The translations under genes and the position numbers were made by a program. A stretch of DNA of 64,000 nt from Lytechinus pictus (lineage: Eukaryota), in contig NC_087251.1 in the NCBI RefSeq assembly GCF_037042905.1, positions 36,458,001 through 36,522,000 on the forward strand. Reading direction: 5' to 3'. A model generated the notes under the pieces. It did not search any database and was not told the origin of the DNA. It worked only from the letters and a program-made list of their open reading frames with translations. Positions 28,235-41,445 of the stretch are shown one piece after another. How positions within the stretch are numbered: position 1 is the first letter of the stretch; each line of letters starts with the position of its first letter.

Positions 28235-28345
28235 CATTGAGGACTAAAGGTATTTTCTACATTTGCCTCTCTCTACCCAGGTTTAGAAAGTGGGTACCTG
28301 GAAGGAAGGAATTCCTTGATGCTTGAAAACTTGATCATGGTAGCT
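28235..28345 (+). mobile_element. SINE central-domain fragment (Deu-SINE-like)
   Basis: tgcctctctctacccaggtttagaaagtgggtacctg resembles the Deu core, recalled from memory. Confidence 0.45.
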
Positions 28346-28454
28346 TTGCTAAAGCCAGGATATGAGTATGAAGCTCTATAGGGAAAATTATATTAATCAC
28401 AGATATAAATGTTGCATATTGTAATATCATATTCATTATTATTATAATTGGTAG

Positions 28455-28622
28455 TGTTCGGTAGAGTGTGGTGATGGTACTCAAGCGAGGCGGATCCACT
28501 GCATGGCGGATCTACCGGAGACAGACTCTTCCTGTGATGCCTATGATAGACCAGAAGAGGAACAAGAATGTAACCTAGGTCCTTGTGATGGAGTGGAATG
28601 GATGACATCAGAATGGACACCG
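28455..28622 (+). CDS. PAPLN: Papilin exon, TSP1 (CSVECGDGTQARRIHC...CNLGPCDGVEWMTSEWTP)
   Basis: tag/gtatgt; phase 0-0; TSP1 cysteine pattern. Confidence 0.92.
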
Positions 28623-28629
28623 GTATGTT

Positions 28630-28744
28630 AGTAGCAGTAGGAGCAGTAGTAGGAGTAGTAGTAGTAGTAGTAGTGGTAGTGGTAGTAGTAGTAGTAGTAG
28701 TAGTAGTAGGAGTAGTAGTGGTAGTAGTAGTAGTATAGTAGTAG

Positions 28745-28783
<39 letters not shown>

Positions 28784-28830
28784 TGGTAGTGGTAGTGGTA
28801 GTAATAGTAGTAGTTGTACTGCTGGTAGTA
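28630..28830. repeat. (GTA/GTG)n microsatellite
   Basis: Directly visible. Confidence 0.95.
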
Positions 28831-29462
28831 GCTGGTCTAAATCATTCTTCATCAGAGTATTGATCCCTAATTGAATTGCAATTATTATAGAATGTCTACA
28901 TTAAATATTCTTTGCTCCTTTTTTATGCGTAAAATATCTAAGATTCTAGTAATCTAGCAGTTTTGGTTTCATTGATAGTAACTTCCCACCAATCGATTAA
29001 AGCTTTAAGATGAGGGTGGGTTTTGATATTCACATTTCTCATAAAGCATTCTTATATTATAAATGCACATAATATGGGTGTTTCTTTCCTTATACACAAT
29101 TCTAATTTCTTCACTATTTCACTGGGTATTTTTTCATTACTATAAGAATATAACAAAGCTGATGGCTATATATTCTAATGGCATTGTCAGTAGACTATAT
29201 TGTTTAATTCTCTCAGCTCCAATTAGGTTTCCAAAACTTTGCAAATTGCTTTTCAGACCTTTAAGCCAAGGAAATATATTTTATCCTTTATCCTCATCTT
29301 CATCCTCAAATTACTATCACTCCCAAATCCTGCAATGCGCTTACCCTAAGCCCATGTCTTCAGAAAAAAATTGAAAGTCTTCATTCCTCTATTTCAATTT
29401 ACAATATCATTATTGTTATCAATACTTTACCTTAATATTCCTCTTGCTTATATCTATGGCAG

Positions 29463-29636
29463 TGTGCAGGTCTGTGCGGTCTTGGTATCAAATCTCGTCA
29501 GCTCTTCTGCGCTACCAGGGCTGGTACTGTCTTTGATAAAGATCTTTGTGAGATGTCTGCCATGCCTGATATGACATCAGCTTGTCCTCTTCAAGAAGAG
29601 TGTGGACCTAGATGGATGGCTTCTCACTGGAGTGAG
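29463..29636 (+). CDS. PAPLN: Papilin exon, TSP1 (CAGLCGLGIKSRQLFC...ECGPRWMASHWSE)
   Basis: cag/gtatgt; phase 0-0. Confidence 0.92.
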
Positions 29637-30204
29637 GTATGTAGATAAATTAATGCAGTTGTAATTCCTGTTTTATATTAAATGTGGAGTAATCGATAGA
29701 AGAATACTGCAATTCATTTTATATCAGTTATTTCATGAATAAATAGGTAATTCATAAGTAGGTTAAATTATGATAAAATTGTTGCTGAGGAATATTATCA
29801 GAAATTTATGGCTTCTAAAATCCTAATAGTTCGTTATTAAAAATATATGTAATAATAAATGAAAATAATTTAATAATTCCAAATGTGGTTTTGCAAAAAT
29901 ACCTTTCTTGAAAATATGTACTCTTATTCATTAATACAAAAGTATTTTTACGACTATTATTTTTAAAAATACTACTTTATCAAATCTGCATAGTTGTAAA
30001 AATTAGCAGGAGCTGAATAGAGTTGATAAAAGGAATAATGAATAATCAGTTAGAGTAATGTTCCCTTGCTTTATAGATAAATGAAGATAATTTAGGGGAA
30101 ATAGGTGTCAACAGATGGAGCCATTTCACCTTTCAAAACAGATAAAATTTCAGTATCAACCACAAACCTGTCATTCATTCCTAATCCTTCACCTTCTTTC
30201 ACAG

Positions 30205-30390
30205 TGTTCTGCTACGTGTGGTGGGGGCGTGCACTCTCGAATGGTGTTCTGTGCCGATGTAACCGAGGACTCCATGGTGCAGGTTGAGGATTCAGACTGC
30301 AACCCAATGACCAAGTTTGAGACAGAGGAGATGTGCAACACTGAACTGTGCTCTGATGACTATGTCTGGTTTTTAGGACCATGGGGGCAG
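30205..30390 (+). CDS. PAPLN: Papilin exon, TSP1 (CSATCGGGVHSRMVFC...WFLGPWGQ)
   Basis: cag/gtgaga; phase 0-0. Confidence 0.94.
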
Positions 30391-30464
30391 GTGAGATGAA
30401 GAGATCAAAATTATGAATTTTACTTTGTCATTATCCTTGGTGGAAAAGGACACAGTGGTGTTTC

Positions 30465-31335
30465 ACAGTGTGCTAATAATGGACAATGTGGACATGTGAA
30501 TCAAACTGTTAAACTTGAGCATGCTAAGGGTGTGGAACATACTGTATTTCTATGCAGTCCACTATGTGAATACACTGAACACTCGCATAGTAGAAATTCC
30601 AGTTTGGAATTATCTTCACACTGTTTAATTTAATCTTCACATTTAATCTTCACATAATTTAATCTTCACATAGACAACTCTGTGAACACACTGTAAACAC
30701 AATAAGAACACACTAAAGAAACCAGACACACTATACACACTAAAAACCCACTGTGAACACACTTAACACACTAAGAACACACTGAAGAAACTAGACACAC
30801 TAAGAACACATTGTGAAGAAACTGGACACACTGAACACACTAAGAACACACTGTGGACACACTGTGAACACACTGTGAACACACTAAGAACTCATTGTGA
30901 AGAAACTGAACACACTAAGATCACCCTGTTAACACTCTGTGAACACTAAGAACACATTGTGAAGAAACTGGACACACTGAACACACTAAGATCACACTGT
31001 TGACACACTAAGAACACATTGTGAAGAAACTGGACACACTGAACACACTTAGATCACACTGTGAACGCACTGAACACACTAAGAACACATTGTGAAGAAA
31101 CTGGACACACTGAACACACTAAGATCACACTGGACACACTTCGAACACACTGAACACATTGTGAAGAAACTGGACACACTGAACACACTAAGATCACACT
31201 GTTGACACACTGTGAACACACTAAGAACACATTGCTAAGAATACACTTTGAATTCACTAAGAACACACTGTGGACACACTTAATACACTGAACACACTGT
31301 AGAAATACCAAGAACACACTGTGAACACACCTTGA
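30465..31335. repeat. ACACACTG-rich minisatellite-like repeat
   Basis: Reiterated aacacactaagaacacattgtgaagaaactggacacactg units; related arrays at ~13535-14215 and ~53340-53995. Confidence 0.85.
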
Positions 31336-31914
31336 CAATTTTCTGTCCAATAGGGGTTATATTCATTTTTATTACTTTTATCATTGTTATTGTTCTGTTT
31401 GATGATACCAGTTGATTGGTACCAATACCTGGAAGTTGAAAAGCAAAATGAATTGCTCTAAGCATTTTAGATTAGTAATCAGAGATGTGCAATTTCACCA
31501 CTCCACCAGTGCCCCCATTATGAAATAATAATATTCAGTGATTTCTTGATATGCAAAGTTGTGAGTCATCTCTAGTTAAAGCCTCCATTTTACATCCTAT
31601 CCAAGGGACATATATTTTTAATCCATAGTATCTGCATCTTCAATACAGTAGAGGCCTGCTCAAACATAAAGTGGATTCCAATTCAATCCAATCTATAGAG
31701 TATTTGTTTTAGCGCCTTTTCCTTGCAGTTACAAAGCGCTTTACAATTTTCTCCACTAGGTATCAGTCATCCATTTGCCTAGATTAATTTATTCATTGTC
31801 GATATATTTAAAATTATTATTTAGATGTAGGGTTTAAGTGGCACAGATAATTCTTGATGTCTTGCAAGGTTGTTTCAAAGAGACAAAATACTACAACTGA
31901 TTTTAACGTGCATG

Positions 31915-32420
31915 CCTATGATAACCATCCAATATTGAAAATACTGGATGACATGAATATTTTGCCCCGCACACAAGATTATCATTGGTTAATAAATGAT
32001 TGTGCGCATGAAGCTATTGTTACGTCACAATGAAATTGCATTGCGTAGTTGCCAGGAGGTGTGGTAAAGGAGCGTCATTTTATTGAATTCAAATGCTCTT
32101 GCACTATACGCTAGCGCATCTTAAATACAGCGATTTCTTTTTTTCAAATGACAATACTCAGGCGCCATGCTCATGATTTACAGGATTGCCGTTAATGATG
32201 GTTAGTAAAAACAATTTTTTTTGCTTCATTTCTTTATGTTTAGCTTTGTGAGGGTATCTTAATATAATGATAATATTGGATGACCAATTTTCGTGGGATG
32301 CATAGAAATATTGTTACTCGCTGAAGAACAATATTGGATTTGTCTCTGACTCATCCAATATTGTTCTTCAGCTCGTACAATATTTCTTCGCATCCCACTC
32401 AAGGCCATCCAATATTCCCT
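31915..32420. repeat. Interspersed element with a long terminal hairpin
   Basis: 32272-32417 is an imperfect palindrome (aatattggatg...gctgaagaacaatattgga / tccaatattgttcttcagc...catccaatatt). Confidence 0.65.
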
Positions 32421-32544
32421 AAGTATGAGTTTGCCAAAAAGAGTTGGTAATGTGTATAGAATCTAACTTTTTACCCCTATTTTCAAGATACCATGATGTT
32501 GTTGATCCACGTAATCTTAACATTGTTAATTTTCTTTATAACAG

Positions 32545-32686
32545 TGCTCCAGACCATGCGGAGTAGGTTCCAGGACTCGAGTCCTAGTCTGTATGAAAGG
32601 AGAGATTCCCCAGATCCCGTCCCTGTGTGAGGACTCCATACGACCTGTCAGTGAAGAGCAATGCAACACTACACCGTGCACTACAG
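32545..32686 (+). CDS. PAPLN: Papilin exon, last TSP1 (CSRPCGVGSRTRVLVC...CNTTPCTT)
   Basis: cag/gtaaat; phase 0 to 1. Confidence 0.93.
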
Positions 32687-32694
32687 GTAAATAG

Positions 32695-33481
32695 GAACCT
32701 GTGTTAGCAGCTACCTCTCTACAGTAGCCACCTGTCTATAGTGACCACTGAAACTGACTCCTGTGTCCCGAATTTACAAAAGAGGTTTAAACCAGGAGGG
32801 GGGAAAAACTGTGGAGTAGATGCAAGTTTTATGTATGATTATGCTTAATTATTGGACCTTTCTCAGAGCACAGGCTAAATCAAGTTCAGTTGTGTAAATG
32901 ATATCTGCAAAGTTCATGGTTCTGTACTTTCTCTTGGGGTGTTTCACAAAGGGTTCAGTGTGACTTAGAGTCATGCTTAAACGCCAGTGCATACATGTCA
33001 TTCAACGCGTGGTCTGATTAATGGAAATGCTGTAGTGCGCGTCCCATGTACGTGATCTGGGGGGTGTTTCACAAAGATTTAAGTATGACTTAAGTCGCAC
33101 TTAAATGCTGACACGTACAAGATATGCAACGCGCAATCTCATTGATCAATACGCAGTAGTGTGCGTCCTCTTTGCATGATGTGATGTCATGCCGTTTATA
33201 CCGCACGCAAATAGACATTTAAGTGCGACTCTATGTCATACTTCAATCTTTGTGAAACACCTCGCTGATCAATGTGGTGATGCGCTATATACCGCATGCA
33301 ACTGAAATTTAAATACGACTCTTAAGTTACACTTAAATCTTTGTGAAACACCCCCCTGGTTTAAACATTTTTTTAATATGGGCCATTTTGTGCATAAGAA
33401 CCTGTTTATAGCAGTCACCTGTCTTTATAGGCCACTTTTTGTGTTTCCCATGGGTGGTTACTATAGACAGGTTTCACTGTA
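32695..33481. mobile_element. Nested MITE cluster
   Basis: Pogo-like end caggtttcactgta; ggccc-type TIRs ~32765-33384; ggggtgtttcacaaag element ~32936-33356 containing its own relative at 33060-33264 with a CTG duplication. Confidence 0.75.
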
Positions 33482-34328
33482 ATCAAATCCTTATTTAACT
33501 ACCTCAGATCATCTATTCTCATCCTATTTTGTTAAAGTTTGTTAATGTGATCAATGAAACATGAGCCTCGACCACAAAAGTTTTTATCAATGACAATAAA
33601 ATACAGGGAAATAATACTTGCAACCTTATAGTAAACAACCTCAGTGACATAGTCTCATCCTATTTGTATTCAACATTTGTTAGTTTGATAAATGAAACAT
33701 GGTCCTATTCAGCAAAAGTTGTTATCAATGACGGGATATGTAATCTTTGGTGTTGATTAGTTGAAAAGCATTTTTACTTTGGTAACTTCATTGAATGACA
33801 ATTGCCAAGTCATTAATAGCAAGTTTTGTATAAAGGCGTCCAAGGCCGTGTTTCACTTGCCAGCAACCATTTACAAGCTACTGTAATAAGCCATTGAACT
33901 CCTTAATTCAATTGACCAGTCGCAAATATTTTTTACAGATGTCTGGCAATTGTTACTGATAACAAGATTATTTGAATAATAAAAAAAAAATGGTCCCAAG
34001 ATATTGTTAAAAATTGTCTAGTTTGTATATTTCAGACCTTTTCTTATTATATATTATCTGAACTTGTTTCACACTCTTTATGAATGTACTTCATTCTATT
34101 TCTCCCACAAAAGCTTTCATACAAATCTAATGATTAAATATTTTTTCTTCTCTGTGTCACAAAGTTATGTATATATGAATGATGCATTAGAAATATATTT
34201 CTGGAAATTTATACTATATTTTAAATATTTGAACCATTAGGTTTAGATAGAGTGGCTATAATATTGCAATGCTTATTGAAACGTTTATAAATTTTTGTTG
34301 TTGTTAATCTCTTTTTTATCTCTCATAG

Positions 34329-34396
34329 GAGGGAACCGATCACGTAGAAAGAGAAAGAGAAAAAGGATTATTCTCAAAAAATCTTCACAGCCTTGA
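34329..34396 (+). CDS. Candidate alternative terminal exon (GGNRSRRKRKRKRIILKKSSQP*)
   Basis: Pyrimidine tract ending ctcatag; phase 1 matches the last TSP1 exon; stop at 34394-34396; AATAAA at ~34656. Confidence 0.45.
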
Positions 34397-35533
34397 AAAT
34401 TTCTTTCTCAAAGTTGATTTAAAAAAAAAATTATTTATAATTTTCAATATATGGAATTGGTTTTTGTGGTTTTGGTTGGTACCTTTTCCCTAACTCCCTG
34501 GTTGTGATTGTTGTTGAATTTTAATATTTTTTGAATTATTTGTTCAAAGAGCTTTACTTTTTTCCATCTATTTAATTTATTGTTAAAACTAAAAAATCAA
34601 TCGTAGAGGGTATTCATGTACAATAATATTTGCATTTTCTATATTTTTAAACTTAAATAAAAAAAATATTTATTTTTTATTTCATTTTTGAGGTGATGGA
34701 GTGGGGGTCTTATGGAATTGATCATACGCTAAGTTTTTAATTATTTAGCAAAAATGGACATAATTTCACCTTGTAAATTCCTTTTGACTCTACGTTTATA
34801 AGGGAAATTTTGTGGCAACAAACTTCTATTCACATGACTACTAAATATGATCTACTCAAATAAAAAGGAATCAAAATAGGAATAATTATTTAGTATGTGT
34901 ATCTTCAAAATAAAGAAGAATTAGTTGATAGAACTCATCAATAAAGTTCACCTCAATCATAATACTTTCTTTGCCTTGATGCATGAGAATTAAGATTCCC
35001 CCTTCTACTATTTGAAGTGTATTATATTATTTACATGTTTACACTTCTAATTATATAATCATCTTTTCCATTATGACAATATTTTAATATACATGTATAT
35101 TCAAAGGTTATTATTAAACTTTGTGTGACTTCAAATATTCTAGACAAGAGAATAGATTACTCTATATTAGAGTAGATGTGGAATGTATATATTTTTGTTG
35201 TTCTGATTGTTCTGATCTGATTTAAAACAATGGAGCATGATTTAATTTTCATCAATAATAATATTTTTTTTCAGAGTATTTGGTGATCAAGAATATATGG
35301 TTCATTAGTATGCCGTTGAGTGCCAATGATATATTCTTGATTGTGAAACTTTAATTTAGTATAATGCGTGCCAAAATGAAAAAGAGTTCATTATTAGATT
35401 AATGTAAGCCTTTCAGTAGAAAATGAAATAAATTGAGCCATAATTTAATTCTGTTTACTTTTTCATCATCAGATCAAGTATCTCTCTTTTTAATATTGTT
35501 AATTACTCTCTGAAATGTCTCAATGTGAAATAG

Positions 35534-36205
35534 ATGTGATTGTCACAATGGAAGAATTGGAAACAGTAGGAACATTGATAACAACAAAAGAAACTGAAGA
35601 AAATATATTCGCAACATCTGAGATGATGATCACAACTGAAGATGCAACTGAAGAAGTGATTATATCTACAGGAGAAACTGTGACCGTCTTCGAAGCTACA
35701 GATGTCGCAACTGAAGAAATCACTAAAGATGTGACAATTGAAGAAGAAGGAGAAGGTACTGCATTTGCCACAGATGTAGTGACTGTCAAAGGGGATGAAA
35801 CAATGAGCTTTACAGAAGTTACAGAAGTTCCGGTGACAATCGAGATAGAGGTATTCGACCCTGAAACCACCACACCTACATCTAAGATGCTTCACGGTGA
35901 AACGGAAGGACTCATAACCAGTATGGCTAACCCTGAGATGGCCACAGTAATCAGTTCTGAAGCAATCCAAACAACACTGCCTGCTACATCAGGTATTCCT
36001 CTCACCACCTTGGCCAAAGTCCTCACCACAAATATACCCTACACCACGAGCACCAACAGCACCCAACTGCAGAAGAAGTCTGATCAATTAGATCTTAGTT
36101 CTGATGATTCTTTATCAGTTGAAGTTGTTTCATCTAAAAGTGAAATTTCTTCAATCAATGCGGTCGGTCCGTCATCATCTCGTGATGAAAATATCTTGAA
36201 TGATG
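35534..36205 (+). CDS. PAPLN: Papilin Thr/Glu/Ser-rich mucin-like exon (672 nt, phase 1-1)
   Basis: 237-aa T/E-rich ORF; weak tag acceptor at 35533, gtaaga donor; frame-compatible with both neighbours. Confidence 0.75.
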
Positions 36206-37896
36206 GTAAGATATGGAAGACAAATTAATAATGTTGCAGCAGCACTCGCACTGGTAGTTTTGCACCTAACACTGTAATGAACACTCCATTCGTGAGCAGA
36301 AACTAAAACTTACAGGTTATCAGCATGTTGGCTTTTAAGTCTCCTTTTTATGATTTGGGGAACAATTAATCATTCCACATTTTCTGATTTCTTATGCACA
36401 GACTATTTACTCACTTTTTCTTTTGTTTCATATCTTGTTTCATTTTTAAAACCTTAATACCTGCTAATTATTGAAAAAAATTATGTTTCAGGGGAGATTG
36501 ATTTATTTGTATGAGGCTAGATTATTTTCTGGGTATAAGTTTAGCAAAACTAATTTGATGATTATTTTAATTCTTCATTTCTGTATGCAGACTTAGCAAT
36601 AAGTGCTTTTATGAACGTGGTTGTAAAATTTTGAAGATTTTTTCTCCTCAATCAATTTAGAAAAAGAGAGGGAGGGGAAGAGAAATAGACTGGGAGAAAG
36701 AGAGAGAGGGAGAGGAGGGGATAGAAAGTTGTTATTTCTATTGACTCAGTCATTCTCTTTGCACATTTGTACACCTTTGTATGATATTTCTACGGTATTT
36801 GATCATCTTAATAATTAAGACACATTTACATTAGCTGTAAGCTATCAATCTACCTTTGGAGTTTTTTATTCTGATTTTGTCTTAATGGTTTATGGTCACA
36901 ACTTATTATTTCTACAGTATTTGATCATTTTAATTATTAATACATGTAGCTGTAAGCTATCAATCTAATTCTTTGAGTCTTTTTATTTTTATTTTGTCTT
37001 AATGGTTAATGGTCACTTAATTCATATGCACTGATAATTTAAATGTATGTGTGTCATAATGGCCAGTGGTTCTTAATTTTTACTATCATTGACATACCAA
37101 TTCTTATTTCTCTCACTTCAACTATAACATGTATATCAATCACTAGAATATAATTTTATCTCATTAACCATTCTTATTTAATTGACTTTAGTATTTTTCT
37201 TTTGATTATTTTATCTTGTATCAGATTTTTTCACCCAACATCTCCATTTCAGTCTCATGTCATATAATATTTTATTGCCCAGATACATATCAACAATTAT
37301 GACTGATGTCATTTTATTTTATGTATTAGTTTTACATGTTAATATGTGTATATTTAGCTTTGGACTATTGCATGAATGAATCAAACTTATTTGAGTATTT
37401 AAGTACTATTTTCATTGCTGATATAAGCTATGTGATCTTTACAAATAAAGGAACTTGTAGATCCCTCATCAAAATTGTCCTAATATTTCATTGTATTTTG
37501 TGTTACATATCAAGAAAGTTCTTTTTAGATTCAAGGTTAGACTTAATTATCTTCTAAAATTTCACAAATTAATATGTTGTTTTCTTTTAAGATTATTCCA
37601 AAGTTTTATTTCGCATTTGAGAAAAATTATGTGATAATAATAAAAGAGTCACTAATCTCATTGAAGTAGTGAATATCTACTTTTAGATATATATGACAGG
37701 CAGCATTGATGATATAAAAAATTCATTGAATATTCCTGTTATGCCCTCTGAAATCAGGGCCCTGTCTTACAAATAGTTGTGATAAATCAATCTCAAATTG
37801 TGATTGATCCAAGCTTCCTATCTCTCATGTACACAATTCAAAATCAGTCTCAATTTGATTTTAATGTGTTACAACTCTCTGTTAAATGAGGCCCTG

Positions 37897-38174
37897 GGCC
37901 CCGTCTTACAAAGAGTTACAATTGATCCAATCAATCGTAACTCTATGAAAATCCATCAGTGTCATAATTTTTTCTACTGGAAATTTTCAAAATGTCGTTT
38001 GTAAACAAAGGAGAACATACCAAATTGTCAAGAAATCAATGAATTTATGGACATACATTCATATCTAGAATTTTTTTTGAACAAACATGCATTTTATATG
38101 TTGACATTGCTGGCCGCCCATAGTTGCAGTTGATCGGATCAATCGCAAATCGCAACTCTTTGTAAGATGGGGCC
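37897..38174. mobile_element. Harbinger-type MITE (ggccccgtcttacaaagagtt family, CTG duplication)
   Basis: ~45-bp TIRs; copies at 55738-56009 and 58005-58250, partial at ~43790-43898. Confidence 0.85.
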
Positions 38175-38306
38175 CTGCTGTTTTGTTGTTTTTATGTTAC
38201 ATTGTATTTTTAATGTACCATAAAAATGTTGTCTTGTCTTCCAGTATTATTGTTATTATACTTTCTGTACGTACATGTAAATGGCTGTCCTGTTCTCCCC
38301 CTTCAG

Positions 38307-38412
38307 ACATTCTTGAAGAAACAGAAACTTCTGTGAGTTGTGAAGATAGTGAGTTTAGATGTTGTCCTGACGGCGTAACAGCCGCTTCAGGGCCGTTCAT
38401 GGAAGGGTGTAG
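38307..38412 (+). CDS. PAPLN: Papilin exon, Cys-rich repeat (CEDSEFRCCPDGVTAASGPFMEGC)
   Basis: cttcag/gtaagt; CCPDGxT..GP..EGC papilin repeat. Confidence 0.93.
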
Positions 38413-40971
38413 GTAAGTTAGTGGTTATAGGGGGGTACATTCCGTTGCAGCATTTATTGGCAAATGCAAGCGCCTACCTCCGCTTTCATTGTTATGTCAT
38501 ATCACCTCCACTGCATGCACTTTAATGAGGAAGTTAACCCCGACAATGAAGGTGTTTGAATAAAAAATGAAAATTATAGGCGAAGGTTTGATGAAAATCC
38601 GTGAAAGAATTAGAGAATTATGAATTTTATTCTTTTTTTTGGAGGGGGTCAAACCTTCCCATATGTCATGTGATATAAATTTTTTTAATTCCCATTTTTA
38701 ACGGTATATGGTCACTAAAATATTTTTTAGCATAATCAGGTATGAAATGATGTATGATGATATAACAAATTCCCAAGTTTTCCGAGAAAATGGCAATTTA
38801 TGGAATTAATTCCAATGGGGGAACTACTCACATGTAACGTCATAAAATCAAAACTTTAAACATTTTTATCTCTGTTAGTCTATGATGGATTTCACCGAAT
38901 CTTCACCAATATGTTTCTTTGTTTTTTTGCTTTTATTTAAACCAACTTTATGTTGGGGTGAACTTTCCATTTAATAATCAAAGCTGGCTGTATGTTCACC
39001 ATTATGCACATATATCGCTCATATCATGAAACTACAATTATCCCATTTTGACCCATCACATACTGCTACAGATGTAATATTCTGATAATCAACTTCATTG
39101 AATCGATGGTGTTTTAATCGTGATTTATTCCACTTTGGAACTTAGGAGGGAACTATATATTTCTTTCAAAGGGGGAAATCTTCAGAAAAATGGACTTATA
39201 ATTGGCACAATATACTCATGCTTACATCTGTTTGTGTTTTTAGTTTGTCAATGGTGCAGGATTGGTTATTCGGGGCGTCTTGGTTGTGTGATTCTTTAAG
39301 AGTATTGCATTCTCAAATTTCTCATTTTCATTAACATCTTTCATTAATTACAACAACATTTCTCAAGTATAATCTTGACAGGATACTAGTTTAATTTGAG
39401 GAATCGATAAATGGATTTAATCCTATATTCATGATAGAAAAATTAATAAAATATAAGATAATGAATCTATCCTTCTTAAATCGTGCAAAAATCCATCACA
39501 ATGAATCTAGCTTCACTTGAATGAAAAATTATTTCTGTTTTAAATATATTTCCTCTGTTGTATTTTTATTTCATATATCTGTGTTTATTTCTTATCTGAC
39601 ATTTGTGCAGTCGGTCAGTTCAGTTTTGTTGCTGTCATTTTCTATACACCCATGTTCATGTTTCATGTTCTCTTGTTTATTCCTAACCACACAATATTTA
39701 GCCAGAGATATAAAGAAAATTACCAAACTGAAAGTAAATCCCAATGCATGAAAATTCAATGTTTATAGTTTTCAGTTGTCCAATTTATCCACCTATGGTC
39801 TGAATTCACAGTGGGTTTTATCTTTAATGATTTCTCTCCAGTAATATGTTTCTTTTAAACTCTTTAAAATTGTGCTTACATTGATTTACATTTCCCTTTT
39901 TTGAATTCTGGCCAATGTGTTCATGTTTTGAATGTTGTTGTTTTGTTTGTATTGTAAACCCATATCATATTCTCTGCTGCTTCATCCTGCTGTATCTATA
40001 CATGCATCTCATATGGAACATGTGTAAGTTTTTTTTCTCTTTAATCTTTATCATTTTCTTTGATCAATTTGAAGTAGCTTGGCACATTGAAGAAGGACTA
40101 AACATTACCTGTCCCAACAAAGAAAGTGCAGTGAATGATGATTTTGATGAATTTTAGTTCATTAATTGACAGTTTGAAACCTTTTTAATATAGCCTTTCA
40201 TTAAAAAAAAACAATTATGTGTTGCTGTTTTTTTCTTCTTTTGGGGACATTTTCTGTGCTTCTTCATTATAAAGCTACCATAGAATTGTAAAAAAGAACA
40301 CTTTGACTTAATATACTTTCCTGAAAACATGTAATAATAATTTCATTGCACCATTTTGGCAATCTTATTATTAGGTCTATTAATGAATAATAGATAGATA
40401 AACACAGGTCAATAGATATAACAGTCAAGTGAAATATGTTTTTATCTAATTTGTAAATTGATATATACACATATTAGAAAGCCAGAATGAGTTAAAAAGT
40501 TTTATTTTATTTCAAGTTTCATTGCTTCTCCATCATACTACAATAACTTCATTAAAAACTAAAAGCATTTCATTTAATGATGTCACAATCAGTCTAATTT
40601 GTCATGTTTTTAGAATAGTATGTTTAAGATCAGGAATTTTTTTCCAAATAAACATATTGATTTTTTTTTACTCTACAATTAATTCAATATTACAAGACAA
40701 ATGAAATATTTGATAGATAATTGATAATAGCATTGTTTGTGGTGAATATTTGATGCAATTAAAAAAATTAAAAGTGAGTTGTTAAAGTTTATTTGGGAGA
40801 TAATTGATCATGTTTATGGTGAATAAAATGGGGGAGGGAGGCGGGGTAATATTATAAGATTATAATTGATGCAATTACGAAACTAAGAGAAAGGGGGGGG
40901 GGCAGGAATTAAGGATAATATTTTTTGTTGTAGTATTCTTGTGGACTTAATTTTGATTTTCTACATTACAG

Positions 40972-41183
40972 AGACTGTGAGCAGACACTGTTCAAGTGTT
41001 GCCCCAATGGAATCACCCCGGCCAAGGGAGAAGACTACGCTGGCTGTGAGGAGCTCAAGGAGCTAGTAGGTGGAGAAGGGGAGAGTATCGGGTGTGACTT
41101 CACTGAGTTCAGCTGTTGCCCCGATGGTGAAACTGCTGCTGCCGGACCAAACTATGAAGGATGTGACATTGATCCCATCGAAG
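40972..41183 (+). CDS. PAPLN: Papilin exon, two Cys-rich repeats (CEQTLFKCCPNGITPAKG...; CDFTEFSCCPDGETAAAGPNYEGC)
   Basis: cag/gtaata; phase 2 to 1. Confidence 0.93.
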
Positions 41184-41329
41184 GTAATAATCACATTCAT
41201 CTGTTAAGGCCCACTAATTGTGGATATTGTTTATATTTGTTCTTGAAATGGATAATAGTAATAATATTCAACATTTATATAGAGTTTGATATTAAAAAAA
41301 ATGTGCTCCACACTATTACCATGGGATTC

Positions 41330-41445
41330 TGGTATTCATTCTCAACAGGAACTAATTAACTTACCCTGGGTGGAGGGTGGCAAATTTTAATTAATGCCTT
41401 GTCAATTAACACAAGGATTCGAACCCCGGACCTTTTGGTTTAAAT
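41330..41445 (-). mobile_element. Decayed SINE fragment
   Basis: Minus-strand B box gggttcgaatcc followed by ttgccaccctccacccagggtaag, which is similar to 28261-28300 (+). Confidence 0.5.

Noticed and set aside
30700..31335. CRISPR-like array
   Set aside because: Eukaryotic context, degenerate tandem units with no unique spacers, no cas genes.
35503..35970. 155-aa Cys/Phe-rich minus-strand ORF
   Set aside because: Antisense shadow of the Thr/Glu-rich papilin exon.
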